Source: Dehalococcoidales bacterium
GTDB lineage: Bacteria; Chloroflexota; Dehalococcoidia; Dehalococcoidales; Fen-1064
Length of the DNA stretch: 60,323 nt
Reading direction: 5' to 3'
Assembly: GCA_030654965.1 (NCBI GenBank)
Contig: JAURWL010000256.1
Span: 1 to 60,323 of the forward strand
Position numbers and translations under genes: made by a program. The notes beneath the pieces were generated by a model. That model ran no database searches. It was not told where the DNA came from and was given only the letters and a program-made list of their open reading frames with translations. Below are positions 52,281 to 60,323 of the stretch, piece after piece. Numbering within the stretch: the stretch's first letter is position 1; every line of letters starts with the position of its first letter.

Positions 52281-52327
52281 ATAATAAAGGGTAGGCTCTT
52301 ACCAACCTCTTACCAAGCTCTTACCAA
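52281..52327 (-). promoter_or_regulatory. Three TTGGTAAGAG direct repeats (11-bp period) plus -10 box
   Basis: CTCTTACCAA at 52296, 52307 and 52318 on the + strand; TATTAT 9 nt downstream on the minus strand. Confidence 0.8.
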
Positions 52328-52350
52328 GCATGGATAATGATAGATTTGGA

Positions 52351-52385
52351 TAAATAAAACGGGACTCACTGAAGAGTGAGTCCCG
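52351..52385 (-). terminator. Intrinsic terminator of the large regulator gene
   Basis: CGGGACTCACT/AGTGAGTCCCG stem followed by TTTTATTTA on the minus strand. Confidence 0.85.
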
Positions 52386-52410
52386 CTGAAATACGGATTC
52401 CAGTTGTCTG

Positions 52411-55400
52411 TTAGTTCTGAATGTAGCTTGAAGTCCGACCAGCTACAATAAGCTGGTAAAGCTTCTGAATTTCGTGCGATGATTCGGACTTGCTTTCATT
52501 TGTGGCCAATTCCACATATTGCTTGTACGTGCGCAGCGCCAGCGACCTGTTTTGTTCCGCCAGGTGACAGCGTATCATGCGACAATAAGCATCCTCTGCA
52601 TAGGGGTCTATCGCAACATATTTTTCAAGCAATGTTACAGCCCGACCGTAGTTACCTTGGCTCGCATAGCAGTCAGCCAACAAAGATAAGGCTCTCAAGT
52701 ACTTGTTTTCAAGCTCACGGCGCCGTACCTCAATCCATTCGCTGTAGAGTTCGCCCAGAAATGTTCCGCCGTAGAGCTCTAAAGCCCGCTCGAGAACTGA
52801 CGCACGGTCAGTCATATGGGTGGGCATTGCTTCTGCTGCTGTTAATAAATTTTCGAATTCCGCCACATCATACCAGATACGGAGGTTCGGATTAATTTTG
52901 TAGCGTCCGTCTTCGAATGCGAATATGCCTGGGTATAACGCCCGACGTGCCCGGAAAATATTGATGTGGAAGTTACTGGTCCCTTTGGCTAAAGACAGGT
53001 CGGGCCATAGCGCCGCAATAATCTGCTCTTTCGTTTGCCCGTTATGGTGCGTGAGCAGATAGAAGAATATTTCTTTGGCTCTATTGGAGCGCCAATCGGC
53101 ATCGCTCACCCGACGGCTATTTATCATCACTTGAGTATGTTTTAAAGCCCTGGCTTCAATACCTGGTTTCGTTGGTACGTCCAAACCGTTTGCAACACCG
53201 GCAATAAGTCCTGCCGATTTCCTTTCCTTGATAGTCTCAATCTTTTCCAGAATCCTGAGGAAACGAGCACCCCCTATCCCTTTTTCGGCTCCGTACTGAA
53301 TAAGCGGAATTGCGTTCCGTCCCTCTGTTGCCAGAAAGTCTTCATAACCCAGTTCATCTGCCAGGCTGGAAGCTTTTTCGAGCCACTCCACGGCACGGAC
53401 ATATTTACGTGATAGAAACGATGCTTGCGCAATATGGAAATAAGCCTTCGCCAGGGCATCTCTGTCGCCCATGGTCTTCAGGCGTCGGCTGGCATCATTG
53501 AGAACCGCTTCTGCTTTCTCGAATTGACCTCGTTCATACTCGATTATCCCGAGCGGAATGGTAAAAAGCGCAGCTTCATACGGCTGTTCCTGCTCTTCCG
53601 CCTGGTGTTGAGCTTCTTTCAGCAATATCTCTGCTTTCTCACTCTCGCCTTGAAATCGATGGGTCTCGCCTATACCGGCTGTGGCATACGCTACCAAAGA
53701 AGCCTCCATTATCTGTCTGGCTAGTTCCAAACCCTCCTGATATGCCGTCATAGCCTCTTGATACAGACCCAAGTCCCGAAGCAAGTCAGCCATGGATATA
53801 AGAATCACAGCTTCAATGCGGCGGTATCCGGTTTCTCTGGCTTTTTCTAAACCGGAACGAAAGGTATCCAGCGCCAGGTCGTACTGCCCCATGCGCTGGT
53901 AAATGAGACCGATGTTGTTTAGAGCCGAGGCTAGTACCCCGAAGTTTTTAGTTTTCAGCCAGCCGGTTCTTGCTTTTTCGAAGTGCATTTTTGCTTTAGC
54001 AAGTTGTCCCAGTCGCATGTAAGTGATACCAAGCGAGTTGTGCACCAGCGCAATATCATTGACATTAAGAACTGAAGAATAGTATCTCAGAGCACGTTGA
54101 AGGTGTCTCAAGGCTGAGGGAAAACGTCCCTGTTCGGCATGAATGTCACCCAGCCTTCTATGCGCATCACCAAGCAAGTCTGCGGGACATTGATGCTGTT
54201 CCAGCAGGCGAATCGCTGTACCGATGTCGGCGCGGGCTTCCCGGAAGTAGCCATTCAGGCGGAAGGCGGCGCTACGCCAGCTCAATGCCTTTGCCTTTAT
54301 CAGCCAGTCTTTCTCATCAGGAAACCCACCGATTAGCTTTGTCAAAATATGTACAGCTTCATCAACCCGACCGATGTAGGTCAGTGTCTGAGCATCAAGT
54401 ATCACTATTTCTGGGTCGGATGCTCGCAATGCATCGGGCAACATATCAAGCCATTTAGAGATAGTTGTCCATTTACCTGACTTAAAGAAATCCGCCCCAA
54501 CTATCTTTATGACCCTCACAGCCTCATCGTATTTTCTTGCGGTGGCGTAGTGCTTTACAGCCTCATTCCACCGTTGATTATGTTCATAGAGTGAGCCAGC
54601 CATAGCGTGTAGATTAATAAATTGGGCAGGGTCGTCTTCGAGCAGTTTTGTTTGTAGAAAATCTTTGAAAATCTGGTGATAGCGGTACCATTTCTTTCGC
54701 TCATCGATACATTGCATGAAAAGGTTCTGCTGGTCAAGAAGTCGGAGTATTTTACGGGAGTTGATGGACGGCAGCAGTTGGTCGCATATCTCCGGGCTCA
54801 GGTCGTCTAGCGTGCTGGATGCCAAGAGAAAACTCTGTATCGCAGGTGGTTGTTTATCATAGACTTCTGACGTCAGGTAGCGAGAGACGTCTTCCTGAGA
54901 TATGGCTGGCATTTGTACAGCCAACTTACCTTCACGCAGGCTATGTACACCAGACAGCACGCCGATTATCCAGCCTCCGGTGTGTTGAGTCAATTTATCC
55001 GCTTCCTGAATAGACAGGTCAATACCGTAGTGCGCAGCTATAAGGTCCTTCGTCTCACCAGATGTAAGAGAAAGCTGTGACACCGTTATAATCGCGGCAG
55101 GATTCTGTAACACCGTTTTAGAAATTACTGGCAGTTCCACCTGAGTACGACTCGAAATGATAACATGGCAATTGTCCGGAGTTCGTTCTAAAAAGAGGTT
55201 TAGTAAAAGCCTTGCTGGTTCACTATTTTGAAGAAAATGATAGTCATCCAGAACGAGCACAAAGAAATCCGCAATGTCAGAACTGATTTCAGCCGCCAAC
55301 GTATTGAGTAATTGCGTGGCGTCCTTTGTCAGGTCAGTCGTGCTAAGCAAGCGTGAGTTCGTCTGATATCCGAAATTTGGAAAGCGTGAGCAAATTGAAG

Positions 55401-55656
55401 CCAGAATTCCCTCTAACAGCACCCTGGGGTCCTCATCTGTGGCATCAATAGTGTACCAACAAATAGGCGCACCAAGGTCTTGCGCGAAATTTGTCAGCAA
55501 TGTTGTCTTGCCATAGCCAGTGGGTGCCGATAGCACCTGAATGCGTGTTTGAACATTGTCGTGCAGGATGTCAATCAACCGTTCACGACGGATAATTTTA
55601 TTCCCTCTTCGAGGGACGAGCAGTTTGGGGTTGAATATAGCAGTACCGATACTCAT
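52411..55656 (-). CDS. MalT-like STAND NTPase + TPR array + C-terminal wHTH/BTAD (SARP-type) transcriptional activator
   Basis: APTGYGKTT, LVLDDYH, TGGWIIG, YRYHQIFKDFL; TPRs such as ALNNIGLIYQRMGQYDLAL; EQIIAALWP; ALELYGGTFL...EW...DPYAE. Confidence 0.88.
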   Translation of the reverse strand: MSIGTAIFNPKLLVPRRGNKIIRRERLIDILHDNVQTRIQVLSAPTGYGKTTLLTNFAQDLGAPICWYTIDATDEDPRVLLEGILASICSRFPNFGYQTNSRLLSTTDLTKDATQLLNTLAAEISSDIADFFVLVLDDYHFLQNSEPARLLLNLFLERTPDNCHVIISSRTQVELPVISKTVLQNPAAIITVSQLSLTSGETKDLIAAHYGIDLSIQEADKLTQHTGGWIIGVLSGVHSLREGKLAVQMPAISQEDVSRYLTSEVYDKQPPAIQSFLLASSTLDDLSPEICDQLLPSINSRKILRLLDQQNLFMQCIDERKKWYRYHQIFKDFLQTKLLEDDPAQFINLHAMAGSLYEHNQRWNEAVKHYATARKYDEAVRVIKIVGADFFKSGKWTTISKWLDMLPDALRASDPEIVILDAQTLTYIGRVDEAVHILTKLIGGFPDEKDWLIKAKALSWRSAAFRLNGYFREARADIGTAIRLLEQHQCPADLLGDAHRRLGDIHAEQGRFPSALRHLQRALRYYSSVLNVNDIALVHNSLGITYMRLGQLAKAKMHFEKARTGWLKTKNFGVLASALNNIGLIYQRMGQYDLALDTFRSGLEKARETGYRRIEAVILISMADLLRDLGLYQEAMTAYQEGLELARQIMEASLVAYATAGIGETHRFQGESEKAEILLKEAQHQAEEQEQPYEAALFTIPLGIIEYERGQFEKAEAVLNDASRRLKTMGDRDALAKAYFHIAQASFLSRKYVRAVEWLEKASSLADELGYEDFLATEGRNAIPLIQYGAEKGIGGARFLRILEKIETIKERKSAGLIAGVANGLDVPTKPGIEARALKHTQVMINSRRVSDADWRSNRAKEIFFYLLTHHNGQTKEQIIAALWPDLSLAKGTSNFHINIFRARRALYPGIFAFEDGRYKINPNLRIWYDVAEFENLLTAAEAMPTHMTDRASVLERALELYGGTFLGELYSEWIEVRRRELENKYLRALSLLADCYASQGNYGRAVTLLEKYVAIDPYAEDAYCRMIRCHLAEQNRSLALRTYKQYVELATNESKSESSHEIQKLYQLIVAGRTSSYIQN

Positions 55657-56066
55657 TTTCTATATCCTTCCCGTGTTCTCACCCCAGACACTTTATGAAA
55701 CGCACACTTGGAATACGAGCTAAGATTTTTGGAACTATTATAGTTCCTTTGAGTAAATAGAGCAAGCGAACCAGACAGTATTGTTACTGTTACGGGGCGA
55801 GACGACTGCACTGTCTGATGTATTGTAACCATGCCAAGCAAAGTCGGTCAGAATCTACTGCGTAATAACCAGTTTTACATCTCCTGTCTACTCACTGCAC
55901 CATCCAACGGAAGGGTCAACTATTTTTAGTGAGAATCTGTTCATGCGCCGTCCCATGAGAGCTGTTGTCACTAATTGATTGCTATCCACCATGATGCTAA
56001 TATTGGACAATCCTGTACAGTTTAGAGTAAGTATTCGTTTTCCGTGTAAATAGCCTTGGTATAAGT

Positions 56067-57353
56067 ATGATTGATAAACAAACCAGCAGTAGTGACCAAT
56101 GCGAGAAGCAGTTAAATGCACTTGATTATCTCAAGATTACCGTACTGGGTTTTGCTCTCACTGCCATGTGGAGTTCACTGCACGGCATAATATTACCAAT
56201 AAGGCTACTTGCATACGTCCCCGAATCACAGAAGAATACCTATCTAGGACTGCTAACCTTCACCGGTCTGATACTGGCAATGATTATTCAGCCGATTGCC
56301 GGCGCTTTTAGCGACCACACCAGCTCACACTGGGGACGCCGACGACCATATATCCTGTTAGGTTCTGTACTGTCTCTTATACTTCTGCCTGGTATAGGGC
56401 TGGCAAACACATACGCGGCAATTCTCATCGTTTACTGCCTGCTTCAGATTGGTGGCAACACAGCCCAAGCTTCATACCAGGCTTTCATTCCAGAAATCAT
56501 AACTGAAAACAAGAGAGGACTGGCTTCGGGGGTGAAAAGTCTTCTTGAGGTATTGGGTGGGGTTACCCTGGTGCGGTTGACAGCATTCCTCATGGGTCGC
56601 TACTTCGAAGGCGGTGGGGAATTCTGGATGTGGACGGCTCTGGGTGCGTTAGTAATTGTGCTTCTCGCCGCGATGATTATCACCGTCCTGACTATTAAGG
56701 AACTCCCCTCAACAAACAACATCAGATTGTCCTTATCGACCATGTATCGTAGATTTAAAGTCGATTTCAAGGTGCATCGTGATTTCGGCTGGTTTCTTTT
56801 TTCACGGGCACTCCTCGGTATTCCGGGAGTCGTACTCCAGATATTCGCTTTATATTATCTGACGGACGTGGTGGGAATACCCAATCCTGCTTTAGTTGCC
56901 GGTGACCTTCCGGTAGTGGTTGGTATCTGCCTATTAACAACAGCCTATCCTGCCGGACGATTGTCAGACCGGATAGGACGTAAGCCCATAATAATAAGTT
57001 CCGGCATTATTGGCGCAGTGGGCGTCCTGGCTTTGTTTTTCTCCCACAACTATGTACAGGTAATGCTCTCCGGCGCCATTCTCGGTGTAGCCAATGGGGC
57101 TTTACTCAGTGCTGGCTGGGCGCTGGCGGCGGATTTGTCGGTGAAGGGTGAGGAGGCTAAGTACATGGGAGTCACTAACCTGGCAATGGCTGGCGGTTCG
57201 GCGCTAGCCCGTTTGGTCGGTCCGGTGATTGATTTCTTTAATGGATTCAGACAGGGAGCAGGTTACCAGGTTATGCTTCTTGTGTGTTTTATCAGCTTCA
57301 TTGCTGGTGCTGTGCTGGTAGTAAAGGTCAAGCCCACTAGACTCCGAGGTTAA
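56067..57353 (+). CDS. MFS transporter
   Basis: GAFSDHTSSHWGRRRPYIL, GRLSDRIGRK, about 12 TM segments. Confidence 0.9.
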   Translation: MIDKQTSSSDQCEKQLNALDYLKITVLGFALTAMWSSLHGIILPIRLLAYVPESQKNTYLGLLTFTGLILAMIIQPIAGAFSDHTSSHWGRRRPYILLGSVLSLILLPGIGLANTYAAILIVYCLLQIGGNTAQASYQAFIPEIITENKRGLASGVKSLLEVLGGVTLVRLTAFLMGRYFEGGGEFWMWTALGALVIVLLAAMIITVLTIKELPSTNNIRLSLSTMYRRFKVDFKVHRDFGWFLFSRALLGIPGVVLQIFALYYLTDVVGIPNPALVAGDLPVVVGICLLTTAYPAGRLSDRIGRKPIIISSGIIGAVGVLALFFSHNYVQVMLSGAILGVANGALLSAGWALAADLSVKGEEAKYMGVTNLAMAGGSALARLVGPVIDFFNGFRQGAGYQVMLLVCFISFIAGAVLVVKVKPTRLRG

Positions 57354-57619
57354 GTGGAAGCCAAACATTTGGGCTAAATATACATCGGATACTATGGTGT
57401 GCCGTTCGGAACAGTTCCCGAACTATTATTTGAGAAGAAGAGATTAATTCCAGCGATACAACAGATGCTTGTTTCCGGTCTGCCCCTTATAGTTCATGAC
57501 TATTCAGGAGAGCTCAGGTTCAAATCAATTATAGTCAAGCTCTGCACCAAAAGGACGCCTGCTTTGATGGGCTTTGTCCGCTGTTTGTCAAAAAATTATT
57601 TATTGAGCCATTCCCATTA

Positions 57620-59059
57620 TTACAGATAATCCTTGAGCTTACGGCTCCGGCTTGGGTGCCGCATTTTTCGGAGTGCTTTGGCTTCAATTTGCCTGATGCG
57701 TTCACGGGTGACGTGGAACTCCAGCCCCACTTCTTCCAGCGTCCGACTTCTCCCGTCCTCCAACCCAAACCTGAGTTGCAATACTCTCTGTTCCCTTGGC
57801 GTCAAGGTCGATAGCACCTCTCTAATCTGGTCTTTGAGTAATTGCCTGGAAGCGCCATCTAAAGGTTGTATTGCATTGCGGTCCTCTATGAAATCACCTA
57901 GATAACTGTCCGCTTCCTCACCCATGGGCAATTCCAACGAAATGGGTAGCTGGGCTACTTTAATGACCTCACGCACCTTCTCCGGTGAAAGCCCCAACTG
58001 TTGACCGATTTCTATAGCGGTCGGGTCGCGGCCATACTCCTGTGTAAGTTTGCGGCTTACTCTTAATAGCTTATTGATACTCTCGATCATGTGGACGGGG
58101 ACGCGAATGGTGCGCGCCTGGTCAGCGATAGAGCGGGTAATTGCCTGCCGTATCCACCAGGTGGCATAGGTAGAAAACTTAAAACCCTTGTGCGGATTAA
58201 ACTTCTCTACGGCACGTATGAGACCGATGTTACCCTCCTGAATCAGGTCGAGCAGAGACATTCCGTGTCCGATGCTCTTCTTGGCGACACTGACGACAAG
58301 CCGTAAATTAGCTTCGGCAAGGTGGTCTCTAGCGATTTTTTCCTCTCTCTGGAGGCGTTCAAGGTATTCACGCAGGTAGGCCTCATGCGCCTCAAGTTTC
58401 TCAATGAACTCCCCTTCCATCACCAGATTGGGAATACTTGCCAGCGAAGCCTTGCGACCAATGGCTGTCAGGACTTTTTCCGGAAGCAGTGCGCTGTCTA
58501 CTGAAAGGGCAATCAGCCGGGACTCAATCGGTTGCGCAGACAGTTTAAGCTTATCGGCGATGCGTTGCACCATGAGCTGGTCAATCACTCCATCGATAGC
58601 AGCTCTGAATTTCTCATCGGTAATGGTCTGATGGAAACTGGTATTTTCCGGCAAACCAACATTCTCCTGAAGTTTATGGATAATCTCCCACGATAGCCCA
58701 AGCTCCCTTATTATTTCCTGGAAAACATGGCTGGCAGTGGCTTGCTTGCCCTGTGTTTCAAGCCCCCGTTTGACTGAGGAAACACGCTTCCCAATCTCAA
58801 TCCGGCGCGCGGTAGTTTTCTCATCGCGTGCTGTGAGAAGCGGTACCCGCCCGATTTCATGGAGGTAAAGATGTGTAGGGTCATCGTTCGCCTCCTGGTC
58901 GTCAGCGTCGAGAACCGCCAGTGCTGGTTCTTCGGGTTCGAGGTCTTCTGCAGCCGGCTCTATTTCCAGCACAATCTTTTCTTCGGGATTTGTTTTTGGA
59001 TCTTTTATTGCATCAAGCTGTAACTTTTTTGATGTTGCTGTCATTGCATCAAGTGCCAT
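57620..59059 (-). CDS. RpoD-like sigma-70 factor
   Basis: [61 protein letters not shown]. Confidence 0.93.
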   Translation of the reverse strand: MALDAMTATSKKLQLDAIKDPKTNPEEKIVLEIEPAAEDLEPEEPALAVLDADDQEANDDPTHLYLHEIGRVPLLTARDEKTTARRIEIGKRVSSVKRGLETQGKQATASHVFQEIIRELGLSWEIIHKLQENVGLPENTSFHQTITDEKFRAAIDGVIDQLMVQRIADKLKLSAQPIESRLIALSVDSALLPEKVLTAIGRKASLASIPNLVMEGEFIEKLEAHEAYLREYLERLQREEKIARDHLAEANLRLVVSVAKKSIGHGMSLLDLIQEGNIGLIRAVEKFNPHKGFKFSTYATWWIRQAITRSIADQARTIRVPVHMIESINKLLRVSRKLTQEYGRDPTAIEIGQQLGLSPEKVREVIKVAQLPISLELPMGEEADSYLGDFIEDRNAIQPLDGASRQLLKDQIREVLSTLTPREQRVLQLRFGLEDGRSRTLEEVGLEFHVTRERIRQIEAKALRKMRHPSRSRKLKDYL

Positions 59060-59205
59060 TGGCTGACCTTCCTGATTGCTCCGTGGGTCGCATTCGCCAT
59101 GGGTATCTGGTACCTGCTTGTCCGTGACAGAATATCTGCCACGGAAATACTGTGATAAGCTACATATCTAACGGCCAGTTAGGACTCCAGGGCAGGATGA
59201 GATTC

Positions 59206-59328
59206 TTACCTGTTTGCCTGCTCATCACCCACGATAACCACATGCTTGACCTCGCCGAACACCGAGAACGCCTGCTTCAGTTCGTCGTCGGTAGTCTCCA
59301 TGGCAAGGTTTCTCGCGTAGATATTCAT
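59206..59328 (-). pseudogene. Truncated RRM RNA-binding protein
   Basis: MNIYARNLAMETTDDELKQAFSVFGEVKHVVIV then stop after 40 aa; no RNP1 motif seen; SD GGAG. Confidence 0.7.
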
Positions 59329-59359
59329 GTAATCGCTGTTTCTCCGGATATCGAAACAA

Positions 59360-59548
59360 CTATCGACTCTGCCGTCGTTTTCTTCTGGCGTTGTTTTTCG
59401 CTTTGACAAGGTAGGCGTCACGTTTCGACATGAATCGCTGGTGGGATCTGAACTCCCGCAATATGCCGCTTAACTGGACCATTTTCTGGAAGCGGCGGAG
59501 CAAAGACTCCTGGGACTCCCCTGTATGCAGTGTTACATCAAAAGGCAC
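59360..59548 (-). CDS. rpsU: 30S ribosomal protein S21-like
   Basis: GESQESLLRRFQKMVQLSGILRE...F.SK...ARRKRR; GTG start after GAAAGGA. Confidence 0.82.
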   Translation of the reverse strand: MPFDVTLHTGESQESLLRRFQKMVQLSGILREFRSHQRFMSKRDAYLVKAKNNARRKRRQSR

Positions 59549-59708
59549 ATTGAGCCATCCTTTCTGCCAGCGCGAACGAAGTTGGGTTAAACCCTGTTCT
59601 ACACGCAGGCGCAAATGAAACCGGAGTGACCTGGGAAATGCCGGATATAGCCGCTTGCTATGGGCTTGCTCCAATAGGGACGCGAATGGTGTGAGGCGAG
59701 GTTACTTT

Positions 59709-59885
59709 TTACCAGGACCTGGAGCTACTGTCCTGACGCTGCGCCTTCTTTTTGGCACGGCATACGGGACAGCGTTTGGGCTCTTCGGTGAAACCTTTAG
59801 TGCGAAAGAATTCCTGTTCGCCCCCGCTGAATGTGAACGTTACACCGCAATCAGAGCAATGAATAGATTTGTCTTGAAGACTCAT
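59709..59885 (-). CDS. Zinc-ribbon protein (zf-trcl-like, 58 aa, absent from the ORF track)
   Basis: MSLQDKSIHCSDCGVTFTFSGGEQEFFRTKGFTEEPKRCPVCRAKKK...; SD AGGAGGT. Confidence 0.85.
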   Translation of the reverse strand: MSLQDKSIHCSDCGVTFTFSGGEQEFFRTKGFTEEPKRCPVCRAKKKAQRQDSSSRSW

Positions 59886-60154
59886 TAGATGACCTCCTCT
59901 CCTGAATAGTTGGTAAGAGTTCGATCACCCAATACTTGAAATGAATCTTTAGTGCGGAAAATTGAGAAGAAGATGCAGGAAAAGTACTAATGACCCTAAC
60001 TTGAACCAATAATTTATTGTACGCTGAATCAGTTGTCAATGTCAAATTCTGGGGTTGTGAAGAGCTTCCGGTAAAAAAGACAACATGATTACCAAGCCGC
60101 AGGAGAAATCGAGGCTAATTGAGCGGTAATGAAATCACCATAAAACTACCTTTA

Positions 60155-60231
60155 TGGTGGGCCATTGTGGATTCGAACCACAGACCCCAGTCTTATCAGG
60201 ACTGTGCTCTAACCAACTGAGCTAATGGCCC
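60155..60231 (-). tRNA. tRNA-Ile(GAT)
   Basis: GGGCCATTAGCTCAGTTGGTTAGAGC...CAGTC-CTGATAA-GACTG...GGTTCGAATCC...TGGCCCACCA; encoded CCA. Confidence 0.96.
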
Positions 60232-60323
60232 GAATAAGCGGGGAAAACGAGGGGTCTGGTTAAAAAGTTACCTTAACCTCTGGATAGCGGAAGGAAGAAA
60301 GAATCCCAATCCCGATATAATCG

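Noticed and set aside
52296-52327. Repeat array as CRISPR or VNTR
   Set aside because: 10-bp units with 1-nt spacers and no cas genes; position fits an operator.
55653-55841. 62-aa ORF overlapping the regulator start
   Set aside because: No clear SD or recognisable features; probably promoter or leader DNA.
60260-60323. Possible 3' end of a minus-strand CDS at the window edge
   Set aside because: Only about 20 codons visible; cannot be supported.

Overview
Bacterial chromosome segment whose gene content looks like class Dehalococcoidia (Chloroflexota); this is an inference from a minimal mraZ-rsmH-ftsA-ftsZ cluster, trmD-rplS-priA-def and many CoA-related genes. In order: CoA-metabolism genes, cell-division and translation genes, RNase P RNA, an AT-rich ~2.7 kb insert, a P-type ATPase with oadGB, a glycogen/hexose-phosphate cluster, a MoxR operon, tandem carboxylesterases, an accessory regulatory region, a zinc-ribbon/rpsU/RRM/sigma70 module and tRNA-Ile(GAT). 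The strongest candidate for an undescribed system is at 50.8-55.7 kb. It contains a MalT-like NTPase-TPR-wHTH/BTAD regulator and three perfect 10-bp direct repeats at 11-bp period just upstream of a -10 box. These precede an unannotated 39-aa signal-peptide-like ORF, a stem-loop, a DUF5317-like membrane protein with signal-peptidase-II-like Asp motifs and a stand-alone receiver protein, together suggesting a peptide signalling circuit. The second candidate is an insert that appears to have integrated into the 5' end of rnpB, duplicating the first bases of the gene and its promoter. Also notable is a full-length ROK glucokinase frame with no canonical start codon that lies in frame behind the TAG stop of pgi/pmi. 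All family assignments come from motif recognition by eye; no database searches were run.
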